64,000 nucleotides of DNA from Octopus vulgaris (GCA_951406725.2 OX597815.1:28520001-28584000); one strand, 5' to 3'. Numbered from the stretch's first letter, positions 44,631 through 58,626 are shown. Numbers and translations are program-made. Notes: generated by a model from the sequence alone, not told the origin.

Positions 44631-44673
44631 GAACTAGTACTTTCATGCATTAAATTCTGCAATCTTCAGGTTC
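44631..44673 (-). ncRNA. Minimal hammerhead ribozyme motif
   Basis: Minus strand gaac CTGAAGA ttgca gaatttaa tgcat GAAA gtac TA gttc. Confidence 0.55.
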
Positions 44674-44709
44674 ATGTAGTAGTGGTGACAGTCATGCTTC
44701 CCAATTTTT

Positions 44710-44759
<50 letters not shown>

Positions 44760-44767
<8 letters not shown>

Positions 44768-45168
44768 GAAAGAATGGAGTTGAACGACGATTTAACAAAA
44801 TTCCTTTATTCTCGACATATGTTTCGAAGGCTGCATATTCCTAATTTCGAAGGAATAAGGGGTGCATTATGCCGCCTTCTCATCAGGAAAAACAAGGAAC
44901 TTATGTCAGGATCAAGATGAACAAAAACGTTTAGATGACTTCCCACACGGAGCCCATAGCGATTATCACTATGGGCTCCATGTGGGCAGTCATCTAAAAG
45001 TTTTTGTTCATCTTGATGCTGACATAAGTTCCTTGTTTTTCCTGATGAGAAGGCGGCATAATGCACCCCTTAGTCCTTCGAAATTAGGAATATGCAGCCT
45101 TCGAAACATATGTCGAGAATAAAGGAATTTTGTTAAATCGTCATTCAACTCCATTCTTTCATTTATTT
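44760..45168. repeat. Near-perfect ~200-bp-arm palindrome with a hammerhead motif in each arm
   Basis: Arms are reverse complements around ~44960-44968, giving mirror ORFs 44806-45066 and 44862-45122. Confidence 0.92.
45036..45119 (+). ncRNA. Hammerhead ribozyme motif with extended stem II; mirror copy ~44808-44891 on minus
   Basis: ttttc CTGATGA gaaggc ... gccttc GAAA catatg TC gagaa. Confidence 0.65.
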
Positions 45169-45314
45169 GTATTAAAAAAACACACAAATTTCCACACGAA
45201 AGCACGTGATCTCTGCCCTTGGCATGTAGCTTCAACTGTGTTTTTCTGACGTGAATTTGCTACCCGGTATCGGTTAACCGAATTATCCATACTAAGATAA
45301 TTCATTCAACTACT

Positions 45315-45451
<137 letters not shown>

Positions 45452-45462
45452 GTATATATGTG

Positions 45463-45523
<61 letters not shown>

Positions 45524-45526
45524 AGA

Positions 45527-47430
45527 GAGAGGGAGGGACCAGCTATCCGAATAGACAGCTCCCTAGTAGCTAAAGCAATTAAGGGTATGAAGCCAGGAAA
45601 ATCCGCCGGCCCATCAGGAATCACTGCTGAGATGCTTAAAATATCTGGTGGTGTGGGCTATGGCCTAGTCACCTGCATTGTAAACCAGGTAGTTCATGAT
45701 GGAGTCATACCCAATGACTGGCATAGCAGCACTATAGTCAACTGCTGCAAGGGTAAAGGTGATGCTCTAGATAGAAATAACTACAGGGGTATTAAACTGT
45801 TGGATCAGGGGATGAAGGTCACAGAGAGGGTCATAGCCCATCTCATTAGGGAGAGAGTCTGCTTAGATGAGATGCAGTTCGGTTTTGTGCCATGTAGAAG
45901 CACCACTGATACCATATTCCTGGTCGAAACAACTGCAGGAGAAATACCTAGCTAAAGATAAACCCCTCTACATAGCTTTCATGGACGTGGAGAAAGCCTT
46001 TGACAGGGTCCCCCGATCCCTTATCTGGTGGGCGATGCGGAAACTGGAGATTGACGAATGGTTAATAAGGGCTGTACAGGTCCTATACAGAGAGGCCATC
46101 AGCAAGGTTAGGATTGGCTATGAGTATAGTGAAGAATTCCGGATAGAAGTAGGGGTCCACCAAGGTTCAGCCCTCAGTCCCCTTTTATTCATCATCGTCC
46201 TCCAGGCAATAACAGAAGAATTCAAGACGGGTTGCCCCTGGGAGCTCCTCTATGCTGATGACCTGGCCCTCATAGCAGAATCACTACCGGAACTAGAAAA
46301 GAAATTTCGAGTGTGGAAGCTAGGTTTAGAATCAAAAGGCCTTAGAGTCAATGTAGCAAAGATCAAAGTTCTAGTAAGTAGGAAGGCAAACACACCAAAC
46401 ACCCCTTCAGGTAGGTGGCCCTGCTCGATCTTTAGAAAAAGTGTAGGTAGAAACTCCATAAGATGTACCCAGTATAAGCTATGGACACATAAGAGGTGCA
46501 GCAACATCAAAGGAAAATTAACCGAGAAGATAGTTTTCGTGTGCGGCAGATGTACAGGGCAATAGACATCATTGATACTCAGAAATCAGATTCCATTACA
46601 CTCCTGGGGGAGAAACTAGAAGCAGTTGATAGTTTCTGCTACCTAGATGACCAAGTTAGTAGTGGGGGTGGATGCTCAGAGAGCATTACCACTAAAATAA
46701 GGATAGCCTGGGCAAAGTTTAGAAAGCTCCTACCCCTATTGGTGACAAAAGATCTCTTGCTCAGAGTGAAAGGTAGATTGTACGATGCATGTGTGGGTAG
46801 AGGTATGCCCAGGAAGACATGGGATGTGGTGGTCATGCATGACCTTTGAACGTTGGGCCACACAGAGGCAATGATGAAAGATCGAGACCTCTGGAGATAT
46901 GCTGTGACTGCGAAGACCCAATAAATAACGTGAATTCATGGCTGTTTCCTGCACCAGCTTCACATAGAAGCCCCAGCCCATCCAAAGTGCCTTGGATTGC
47001 ATGATGGCCTGCTGTACTTACCTTGGATCGTAGGGTGACCTGCTGTGCTTGAGGAGACCTATAGAGTCAAGTACATCAACATCAAAAAATCAAATGGAAA
47101 TTGTAGATGTGATACCTGTGCCGGTGGCACGTAAAAAGCATCATCTGTACGTGGCCAATGCCAGTGTCACCTTGACTGGCTTCCATGCAGGTGGCACGTA
47201 AAAAGTATCAACATATCATGGCCGTTTCCAGCCTCCCCTTGCACCTGTTCCGGCGGCACATAAAAAGTACCCACTACACTCACAGAGTGGTTGGTGTTAG
47301 GAAGGGCATCCAGCTGTAGAAACACTGCCAGATCAGACTGGAGCCTGGTGCAGCTTCCTAGCTTCCCAGACCCCAGTTGAACCGTCCAACCCATGCTAGC
47401 ATGGAAAACGGACGTTAAACGATGATGATG
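45527..47430 (+). mobile_element. 5'-truncated RTE-like LINE with frameshifted RT
   Basis: YRGIKLL, QFGF, DVEKAFDRVP, GVHQGSALSPLLF and LLYADDL motifs; Cys/His cluster after the RT core; 3' UTR ending in (GAT)n. Confidence 0.92.
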
Positions 47431-49482
47431 ATATATCTATATCTATATACATGTATGTATATATGATATATATCCCTCCCTAATACTCTTCTCTGTCCCT
47501 CTGCCATCCATGACTCTCTTTCTCTCTCCTACTACCACTTGACCCATATCTATCTAAGCCCCTGATTCCTATTTCCTTTTCCACTGACATGGTTGGTCAC
47601 GCTTCTTTGTGCTCCTTCACTTTTTCCTCCACGATTTGTTTACTTTTCCCTTTGTTCTGCCCTTCCCCCTCTCCAGTCCTTTAGGACATTTGTATTTCCT
47701 TTTTGTATTAACCACATTCATCTGTTTTGTAGCCATGCGGGTTTTTTGGTCGTATATGTATAATTATTATAATTATTTTAGTTTGTTTTGTTTTTGTCAT
47801 TGTTTTCGGCATAAGCAAAACCTAACCACTTATAACATTCTATTCCTTCTAAACCAAATCATGTTAAATTAATCAAGCCTAGTCATTCCCAACATCTTTG
47901 ATTATCTCCCTTGTACTGGAAAAAAATCCCTGATTACCTTCCCCTGCCTGGAACTCCATATTTCACAACATAGCAAAGACCTGATACGATATAGGTAAAG
48001 AAATTTGAAAAGAAAATATGAAACCAGTTATTTCTCCAAAATCTATGTTACTATATGCAAAATTTGATAACATTTTTCTAACATAACAATTTTAATATAT
48101 TCTTTAATCATATAACGCAAGCCTTCTGTAGTTTTTTCACTCTTTTTTGTCTTTTATACATCCAACCACTTGCTTTCACATACTAACTCTCTCACCTATA
48201 TATATATATAAAACAAAGTTTTGGCCAGCTAAGCCATCATCAGAGTGTAATGCATGAGAGTTAGTATTGCTTTTATATAGTCTGTGTTGAGTTAAACTAT
48301 TCCATGGGCGTGTGGGATTCAGTTGGGTGGTAATTAGATTTTTATGATTGTTGTAGTGGAGAGGTGTTTTGAAGAAATTTTAATTGATTAAATTTGGGGC
48401 TATGTTATTCTTTAGACTTTATTCATGTATGTAGAACTTTGTAAACAAGCTCTAGGTGTTTCTCTTTTGTTAGGCAAGCACAAGGTGTGACAGTATTTTT
48501 GTTGCTTTTGGTATTATTGGTCAAAGATACAAAGTCTAGTATTTAGTAATTGGGCGTGTTTACTTTTTTTTCACAAAAGAATGTAGGTAGGTAGTGAATT
48601 TAGGCTTGTCCTTTATATATTTGTTTTGTGGTTTACATGAGTATTCTTCTTTACACTGGAAGAAGTGGGAAACAAGAGTGGTTGTATGTACCACAAAACC
48701 ATGTGAGAGATTTCCTTAAGGAAAATATTACAGTACTGTGTGTTGTAACATATCTTGATTTCAAATTTTGCATTATAAACATTACTTAACATCTTGGATG
48801 TTTTGTAAAAGCAAATCATTTTAAATTATGATTCGCACATGCATGCTCACATGTGAACACACACACGCACACACACACAAACATACATTTGGGCACACAC
48901 ATGTATACGCATCAACATCAATTATCATCAATTTTATGACACCTTTTCAATGCTTCACAGATTAGACATCTCCTCTCTAACAGAGTTTTGCCATTTTTTG
49001 TTTTATTTTTTTTATCATGCCAGCATGGAAATAAGATGTTAAATGATGATGGTGCTGATGATGATGATGAGAATGATGATAACATTTTTAATTTATGGAT
49101 CATAATTTTAAATGATTTGCCTTTACAAAACAATTAAGCTGTAAAGTAACGTTCATGTTGCAAAATTTGAAATCAAGTTATATAAACATAATCAAAGATA
49201 TTTTTGTTTCAATTTTATTTATTCTATAGACAAAAAGTGCCCATACATACAACCATACATACATACATACAAACACGCACACACATACATACATACAACC
49301 ATACATACATACATACATACATACATACATACAACCATACATACATACATACATACATACATACATACATACATACATACATACATACATACAACCATAC
49401 ATACATACATACATACAACCATACATACATACATACATACATACATACATACATACAAACATACATACATACAACCATACAT

Positions 49483-49513
<31 letters not shown>

Positions 49514-49533
49514 TACATACATACATACATACA

Positions 49534-49568
<35 letters not shown>

Positions 49569-49706
49569 TATGCACACTAAATGTTTTAACAATTCTCAAA
49601 ATATTTCAAGTTTTAAAGTGTCTTTAAACTATGCAATTTGAAACAATGAAATATACTGGCTATGCTCATGCAAGTAACTTTCTTTTTGTTTTTATCATAT
49701 TTATAG

Positions 49707-49763
49707 ATAAAAAGTGTACCAAGTTTTGAAGCATCGAAAATATCAATGAAATTATACACCACG
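49707..49763 (+). CDS. Micro-exon B1, 57 nt: IKSVPSFEASKISMKLYTT
   Basis: catatttatag / gtattc; flanks repeated at B2 and B3. Confidence 0.75.
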
Positions 49764-50099
49764 GTATTCCTTTATTTTAAATGTATTGTTTTAGATTAGG
49801 AAGCATATCTTACTTATAATAAAATGCAATATATGGCTCATAAGTCATGCTGGGAAAATCAGAGTAAAATAACAAATGGAGTGGAAGTGAGTGACCGTCA
49901 GAGGTGTTGAATGCATGCAGGTGAACTGCATTCAAATGTTTTGCTCTGAAGAAATTGGTATTTTAATCAAAATAAAACTGCAAATTTTTTTTTTTTATCA
50001 GTTTCACATACACATATATGAGTATATATATGAAATTAAATATCAGACACTTTTGTTTTCAAAATATCGTTCACATAACAAATGTATAAATGTCAAGTG

Positions 50100-50163
<64 letters not shown>

Positions 50164-50194
50164 TTTTGTGTGTGTGTGTATATATATATGTGTG

Positions 50195-50237
<43 letters not shown>

Positions 50238-50298
50238 ATATATATATATGTGTGTATATATATATATGTGTGTGTATATGTATATATATATATATATA

Positions 50299-50367
<69 letters not shown>

Positions 50368-50963
50368 CCATATATATATATATGTATATATATACATTTT
50401 TTTTTCTTTCATTTTAGTCCATTTTTCCATGTTTGCCCTTTCTGATACAAGCTCTTATTTCCTTTCCCAGGTAAAGCATAATATATTTTACTGATTTTAT
50501 CAATCTAAAAAATATAAACAAACATACTCCCGCGCGCAGACATTCACACACTCACTCACATATATACACATATGTATACATACGAACATGCATAGGTATA
50601 TAAAATATACATGCATATGTATGAAAGTATATATATATATATGAGAAAAGTAAGAAAATGGAGAAATTGGCATGCAGACATCAGTTTATTCAAAGATATT
50701 CAAATTCATATAATGAAATTCCTGTCCTACCACCGTTTCCATATCCAATTGGTTCAATTACAGAAATTAAGTTAATTAAATTAAAATTTTCGTATTGAAA
50801 TTGGTTAATTGGGTATTTCATCAAGTAAGAATTTTCCCAAAAGGGAGTTACATGTCAACATGTTGGTTGACCAACGACTGACTCAGATGTGTGCATTGTT
50901 TAAAAAAAGCCGTCCTTTTTATGGAAAAGAAGTCAGGACCAAAATCCTTCAAACTGATGTTAA

Positions 50964-51183
50964 CCCTTTAGCATTCAAACCGGCCATATCTGGCCAAAAT
51001 ATTTAACCTGTTTTATATTGAAACTGACCAGATCTCACTTCTCACCTCAGCCCTACCATGTCATTCTAAAACTAAAAAATTACATCACTGAAATCTCTAA
51101 ACTACAAGATAATGCATGATTAATTCAAACCATTTTAAATAAACAAACATCACATTTGACAGAATAATCTGAACACTAAAGGG
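50964..51183. mobile_element. piggyBac-type MITE
   Basis: TTAA|CCCTTTAG ... CTAAAGGG|CTAA. Confidence 0.72.
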
Positions 51184-51669
51184 CTAAACATCCAAATCCG
51201 CCGATTCAGTCCAAGCAAAAAATATATAGAAAAACTATATATTCTGTATTGTATAATCAATAAATAAAGTATAAGGAAAGGAAAATATATATAGTTATAG
51301 ACGATCTTTAATCCAAAGTTAGTACAGAGTAATAATACAAGTACTAATGATAATACTTTTTGTGATTGCAGGGTTAAAAGTTAATGTTTATTTTAAAGTT
51401 ATTGTAAACAAAAGAATGTTGTTTACAGATGTAAGTTGATATCTGAGAGTAAAAGTTTCTTCTACATAGGGGCTACACAAAATTTTGTTAAGAAAAGTGT
51501 CTCTAACCAAATTTACACCTCTAATAATAGGAACAGGTCTTCTTCTACCAGCCTCAGTAAATTCATTTAGGACTTAACAAGAAAAAATATCATGTATTAC
51601 ATATGCACATGCACAAATATATCAAACATATTTGTTTATATGTATTGGTACCACAAATTTGTATCTTTG

Positions 51670-52113
51670 TGGTACCAGTGCCGGTGGCACACAAGAAAAC
51701 CATCAGAACGTGGCCGTAGCCAGTACCGCATCAACTGGCCTCCGTGCTGTGGGCACGTAACAAACACCATCCGATTGTGGCCGTTTGCCAGCCTCATCTG
51801 GCACCTGTGTCGGTGGCACATAAAAACACCATCCGAGCGTGGCCATCTGCCAGCCTCGTCTGGCACCTGTGTCGGTGGCACATAAAAATCACCATCCGAG
51901 CGTGGCCGTTTGCCAGCCTCGTCTGGCACCTGTGTCGGTGGCACATAAAATCACCCACTACACTCTCGGAGTGGTTGGCGTTAGGAAGGGCATCCAGCTG
52001 TAGAAACACTGCCAGATCTGACTGGACTGGTGCAGCATTCGGGCTCCCCAGACCCCAGTTGAACCGTCCAACCCATGCTAGCATGGAAAGCGGATGTTAA
52101 ATGATGATGATGA
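51670..52113 (+). mobile_element. RTE 3'-end repeat with ~62-bp tandem units
   Basis: Family motif and (GAT)n tail. Confidence 0.82.
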
Positions 52114-52543
52114 TATATAAACAACGCACACATCTGAGTTTATTGTTGATCAATCAATATGTTGAAATGTAACTCCCTTTTGGAAAAATTTTTTCCTAAT
52201 GAAATACCCAACTAACCAGTTTCAATATGAAAATTTAAATTAAATTAATTTAATTCAATTTCTGTAATTGAACTAATTGGATATGGAAATGGCAGTAGGA
52301 CAAGAATTTCATTATATGAATTTGAATATCTTTGAACAAACTGGTGTCTGCATGTCAATTTTTCCATTTTCTTCCTTTTCTCATCCATAAATATTTTAAA
52401 TACCTATATATATATCAAGGCAAAACCAATATATTTAGTTTTCCCTGAACACTGGTATAAACCAGAGAACTAGGATGCTAGCATTCCTTAAAGGATTCTA
52501 GGTCCCTCACACACTCACACACAAACACACACATATATGTGTG

Positions 52544-52589
<46 letters not shown>

Positions 52590-53459
52590 GTACACATATA
52601 CATACACACATATATGTGTTAAATAAAAAACATGAAGAACAACACAAAAACAACAATACGAGGACATGGTACATGTAAAGTATTAACAGACGCTCAGGGA
52701 AGGAAAGAAAAGCGGCTTTACATTTCGAACAAAGCTCTTCTTCAGAAACAGAGGAAAGTCCAATAGCAAAGGAAGACAGAGGAAAAAATCACTACCAATT
52801 CACATGTGGTTACATTTTGAAATGACCGGAAGGGAGTGGGTGAAGAAAAAGTTCTTTCTAAGAGTGTAAGAGAAGGAAGTATATGTGTGTATGTGTGGGT
52901 ATATGCGTTTGCGCAAGTCTGTGTGTGTAATAGCATGTGTGTGTTTGTGTGGTGTTGGTTGTTTATATGTGTATGTGTGAGTGAACTTTGTGTCTCCTAA
53001 TGTTGTAGGAAGAATTCAGCAGCATGGTAACAGGAGTGGTGGTCTTTTGTGTAGTTGTGTGTCTCTTCACATGTGCTTAGAGGAATGGTCAGTAGAAAGC
53101 TCTTTGACTGACAGATTGAAGTATGTGTGTGCGTGTGTATTTATATGTTTGTGTGTGTGTTTTATGTGTAGTGTGTGTATGCATCTGTGTGTGAGTGTAT
53201 GTGTGTGTACGTGTGTATGTGTGGGGTTGTGCATGTGGAGTTATATGTGCATTCCTGTGCGTGTGTGTGTGTGTATATATATATATGTATGCTCATATAT
53301 ACACGTGTGTATGTGTGTGTGGTAGAAACAGTTAATATGGAAGATAGAATATACTGGAAACTTTATTTATCACAACAATCGTTTTGGCACATCCTGCACT
53401 GTTCCCTCGTGGGTGGGAAATCTATATAATGAATTCCAATGTACCCCACAGTGCAGAAC

Positions 53460-54180
53460 CATCTCTTCTGGTGATATAACTTGGTTTCTTGTTACATACA
53501 CCGAATCAACAATTGGAAACTGAACAAAGGCTTGGAGAATACATCCAGTGAACTCATAATTAATGTATGCTCAACTCACTCAACAAGCGCTGATGAAATG
53601 CAACTCATAAGAGTCCATAGTATTAACTACTTGGGATATAATAGCAACCAAATCGTAAATAACCCCAGGAGACCACATAATAATAGCATAGGGAATAGGA
53701 ACCTAAAGGCAACAAAAACTTGGAGATGAACTGAGAACAACCACTGGTCAGTAACAACAGCCAACAACAAGTGCCCATGTAGAGACAAACCAAGATACCC
53801 ATTGAATAACCTCTGCATGAGTCACCACCTTGTTTATAAATGCACAGTACATTCAAGAGGAGGCCCATATGTGTACATAGGTGCAATGGCTGATTCGTTC
53901 AAGAATCGATATTGCAACCACATCTCCAACTTTAAAAAGTCTGCAAAAGCACACAACATCCTTGGCGGACTTTCTGTGGAATCAAAATCGAACAGGATTA
54001 AATATGAACTATATTGGTCAATAATATGGCATGCACAACCACACAACGCCCTTTCCAGGTGATGTGGACTATGCTCAGAGGAATCTCTAACTATTTTACT
54101 AACCAGAGAAAGGATTATTAACAAACTATCTAAAAGGATAGCATGTTGTGTATACATGCTAAGAAATGCACATTCACCCA
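53460..54180 (+). mobile_element. Penelope-like GIY-YIG endonuclease remnant
   Basis: LVYKCTV..YVYIGAMADSFKNRYCNH..WSII..CGLCSEE. Confidence 0.78.
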
Positions 54181-54492
54181 TTACAATAATCATAATTCAG
54201 CTCCATAGTCTTAATTAGCATACATGGAGTACCTGGATTTCCAGATAGCAAACCACAACTACCCCTCCATCCCTCGCCCCAGGAATACATGTTGAGATTT
54301 GGCATCATCAGATGCTCCAAGGAACTATGATACGGTATTATATACCTTTTTCAAAAGATTGTATGAAATACATTGTTTTTGAACATGCATACATATACAT
54401 AGACATGCATACATACATACATACATACATACATACATACATACATACATGCATACATATAAACATACATACATAAATGTGTTAGTGTATAT

Positions 54493-55574
54493 ATCATCAT
54501 CATCATCATCAACATTTAATGTCCGTTTTCTATGCTGGCATGGATAAGGCGGCTTGATGAGAACTATCAAGGCCAGGGGTCGCAGCAGTTTCCATATTCT
54601 GTTTTGGCACAGTTTCTATGGCTGGATGCCCTTCCTAATGCCAACCACTTTACAGAGTGTGCTGAATGCTTTTTATATGGCACCTTGATTTTAGAATCTT
54701 GATTCTTTTGTGGTGGGTGGATCTTCTTGAGTGCACCAATGTTCCACATATTTCAGTCATGTGTCATCTCCTTTGTAAGGCTCAGCCTTCAATAATTTGT
54801 CTCGTATCTTCCTGAGTCTCCCTCTTCCACAGCCTCCCTCCACTTTAAGGGATCGGCACCTTTTAATGCCATTGTTCTCATCCATCTGCATCACATGACC
54901 ATACCAGTGTAGTCTTCTCTCTAGCACACTGCCTTTAATTCCTCTTATACTCAACTTCTCTCTCAATACTCCAGTGCTCTGACACATGCACACTGACATC
55001 ACACATCTTGTGGAGCATACCAGTTTTGCTCCCCTCCAGCCTTAGCATGTCCTTCTCAGTCAGGGCTCACATCTCACGAGCATGCAGGATTGCAGTTTGT
55101 ACACATGCATCATACAATCTCCCCTTCGCTTGGAGAGAGGGACTTCGGTTGCCAACAGAGATAAAAGCTCTCTGAATCTGCTTCATCTTATTCTTATTCT
55201 AGCAATTACATTTTCTGCTAATTAGGTTGCAAAAATTATCTACAACTTCCAGGGGTCCACCAGGACATTTGAGGAAATCAATCTACCTTCTATCTGTGAT
55301 CTTATGACTCCCATTCATCTTCCATATACAAACACTATCTTCTCTTTATTCTTTTACTCATTTCAATCATTTGACTGTGTCCATGCTAGAGCATCACCTT
55401 CAATGGTCTTAGTCAAACAAATTGACCCCAAAAATTATTATATTTAAGCCTAGTACTTATTCTATCAGTCTCTTTTGTTGAATCACTAAGTTACGGGAAC
55501 CTAAACATACCAACACCACTTGTCAAGCTGTGATGGAAGAACAAGGACAGACACAAAGATACACACACACACGT

Positions 55575-55610
<36 letters not shown>

Positions 55611-56222
55611 GATGGGCTTCTTTCAGTTTCTGTCAACCAAATCCACTAACAAGGCTTTGGTCAGCCCAAAGATATAGTAGAAGATACTTGTCCAAGGGGC
55701 CATGCAGTGGGACTGAACTCGGAACAATGTGTTGAGAAGCGACGTTCTTACCACATAGCTACACCTACACCTATTATTCCTACTATTCCCCAGCACCTCT
55801 TGTGTATCCATAGCTTGTGCTGGGTACACTGAATGAATTTCTGCCAACGTCTTTCCTACATGTGAAGCAGGGCCTTTCCATTTTCTTGCTTACTAGGAAC
55901 TTGGTCTTTGGTAAGTTGATTTTAAGACTCTTCGATTCCAAGTTCTGTTTCCACACCTGCAATTTCTTTTCTAATTCTGTTACAGATTCTGCTATGATGG
56001 TGAGATCATCAGCATATAGTAGTTTCTATGGGCTTCCAGTTTTAAATTCTTTTCTCTGTTATGGCTTGAAGGACAATGGTGAATAGGACCATCCCTTGGT
56101 GAACACCTACCTGTACTCTAAATTCCTCACTGTACCTATGGCCAACTCTTACCTTATTAACAGTACCCCTGTGCATGGCCTATTCTGCTTTCACAAGCCA
56201 TTCATCTATTCCTAGCTTCCTC
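54493..56222 (-). mobile_element. Older RTE-like LINE fragment interrupted by a SINE at ~55350-55770
   Basis: Minus-strand YADDL, RRLHWYGHV and GRGRLRK motifs; (ATC)n tail. Confidence 0.78.
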
Positions 56223-56541
56223 AGAGACCACCACCACCACCACCACCACCATCATCATCATCGTAAACACTGAGGATATGCAATAGAGATAGACAACCTA
56301 ATAAATCCTCCATTATCAGCATTACTGTGAGAATTTTGAGAGAAACTACCAGCCATTTTGCTATCATCGTCATCATTATCATCATCATCATCATCATCAA
56401 CATTTTCATCATCATCACCACCACCATCACCAAAGGTATGTGAGAGAGATGGACAAACAAATTAATCCTACATTATGAACACCATCATCACCATCATCAT
56501 AGACCAGATTGTCTGCCTAGCATACCTATAAAATATGCACA

Positions 56542-56631
<90 letters not shown>

Positions 56632-56771
56632 CATTTATGCATGCACTGATTATTTTAGCAACTCCAAAACATTTCAAGTTCTAAAGTCTCTTTAAATTGT
56701 ACAATTTGAAACAATGAAATATATTGACTATGCCCATACAAGTAACTTTTTTGTTTTTATCATATTTATAG

Positions 56772-56828
56772 GCAAAAAGTACTCCAGCTTTTGAAACAGT
56801 CACACCGGACATGAAAAATTCTTCTTCA
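56772..56828 (+). CDS. Micro-exon B2, 57 nt: AKSTPAFETVTPDMKNSSS
   Basis: catatttatag / gtattc. Confidence 0.72.
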
Positions 56829-56880
56829 GTATTCATATACTTTAGATGTTTTGATACATGTTTTTATGTATACGTATATA

Positions 56881-57116
56881 TTTATTTGTGAATTAAAGCT
56901 ACCATTGGTTTCATGTTAAGAAAAGTAGGAAAATATCTAAATGTCTTAACAATTTTTCAAGCCAATCACACAGAAAAAGGTGTTTGCCTTCATTTTGGAA
57001 AACAAGGAGATGAACACCTTTCTTCATGTGATCAGCTTGAAAAATTGTTAAGACCCTTGGATATTTTCCTACTTTTCTTAACATGAAACCAATGGTAGCC
57101 TTAATTCACAAATAAA
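56881..57116. repeat. Fold-back palindrome with ~105-bp arms, 50 nt downstream of exon B2
   Basis: ctaccattggtttcatgttaagaaaagtagg / cctacttttcttaacatgaaaccaatggtag. Confidence 0.88.
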
Positions 57117-57180
57117 GAAATGATATCCACCAATGCGGTGCTGAGCACTCATTTTCATCATTCGACATTTACGTATATAT

Positions 57181-57595
57181 ATCATCATTATCATCATCAT
57201 CGTTTAACGTCCGTTTTCCATACTAGTATGGGTTGGATGGTTCAACCGGGGTCTGGGAAGCCAGGAGGCTGCACCAGGCTCCAGTCTGGTTTGGTAGTGT
57301 TTCTACAGCTGGATGCCCTTCCTAATGTCAACCACTCCGTGAGTGCAGTGGGTGTTTTTTTACATGCCACTGGCACAGGGGCCAGAGGAAGCTGGCAAAT
57401 GGCCACAATCGGTTGGTGCTTTTACATGTCACCGACACGGACGCCAGTCAGGCAGCGCTGGCTTCTGTCACATTCAGACGGTGCTTTTTACGTGTCACCG
57501 GCACAGGTGTCTTAACTACAATTCCATTTTATTATTATTTTGATGTTGGTGTTGACGTACTTGACTCTGTGGGTCTCCTCAAGAACAGCGGGTCA
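57181..57595 (-). mobile_element. RTE 3'-UTR repeat
   Basis: Family motif and (ATC)n tail. Confidence 0.8.
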
Positions 57596-58161
57596 TATAT
57601 ATATATATATTCTAAAACATGCTTTCATTAGGCATATAAATATTGAATATTTGTTGAATAAAGGACTTAATATATATGCAGAGTGTATCATTTATCACAT
57701 GTGTCATTTGTGTTGATAAGAATATTGGATATTATACACTGTTGGTCATAATGCACTTTCAGTTGTCTTGATTACACCATTGTTGTCCATCTTGCTGTCC
57801 TGTTGCCATGGAGGTCCTCCAAGCAGCCTTTTCCAATCTCTTGATTACAACTTGACAATCACTTGGACATACCTGCAGATGGCTTTTACATCATTTTACA
57901 TATCGTCAGGGACAGGTGATTCAAGTTGTCTCCAGTTCGGTTCAGGTATATGATGTTCATAAACCATAAAAATGGAAAAACATTGATGTCCATTGCTGTG
58001 GAATGGGACTTGTGGTTACTTGTCTCACCTGTCTATGACTGTCAATTATAGGCGTTTTAACACCTGTTGTTCTCAGAGAGTCACTTTCTCTGCATTAAAT
58101 TGTAACCAACTAGTGAGTAAGCAAAGTTCACACATTCTGTATGTGTGTTTGCTGATGTTTA

Positions 58162-58547
58162 GTGGAGGCGCAATGGCCCAGTGGTTAGGGCAGCGGACTC
58201 GCGGTCATAGGATCGCGGTTTCGATTCCCAGACCGGGCGTTGTGAGTGTTTATTGAGCGAAAACACCTAAAGCTCCACGAGGCTCCGGCAGGGGATGGTG
58301 GTGATCCCTGCTGTACTCTTTCAACACAACTTTCTCTCACTCTTACTTCCTGTTTCTGTTGTACCTGTATTTCAAAGGGCTGGTCTTGTCACTCTCTGTG
58401 TCACGCTGAATATCCCCGAGAACTACGTAAGGGTACACGTGTCTGTGGAGTGCTCAGCCACTTACACGTTAATTTCACGAGCAGGCTGTTCCGTTGATTC
58501 GGATCAACCAGAATCCTCGTCGGCGTAACCAACGGAGTGCTTCCATC
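58162..58547 (+). mobile_element. tRNA-derived SINE, distinct family
   Basis: tggcccagtggttagg A box, ggtttcgattccc B box; 13-bp TSD ttgctgatgttta. Confidence 0.88.
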
Positions 58548-58588
58548 TTGCTGATGTTTACAACACTTGTGCTGCTTTTCATTCATAT

Positions 58589-58624
<36 letters not shown>

Positions 58625-58626
<2 letters not shown>

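Larger units (their letters stand above)
50641..52385. repeat. Inverted ~260-bp arms (50641-50901, 52118-52385) enclosing younger inserts
   Basis: caaagatattcaaattcatataatgaaattc / gaatttcattatatgaatttgaatatctttg. Confidence 0.82.

Noticed and set aside
44806-45122. Two near-identical 86-aa ORFs on opposite strands
   Set aside because: By-product of the DNA palindrome; no protein features
45458-46849. Active reverse transcriptase gene
   Set aside because: 5'-truncated, split over three frames and internally deleted
49178-50494. Long ORFs of YI/CV/HT/MYVC repeats, here and throughout
   Set aside because: Stop-free translations of (TA)n, (CA)n, (CATA)n and (ATT)n microsatellites
58162-58240. 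tRNA gene candidates here and at ~4730-4804 and ~18647-18735
   Set aside because: They are SINE heads continuing into SINE bodies, two with clear TSDs; no complete cloverleaf
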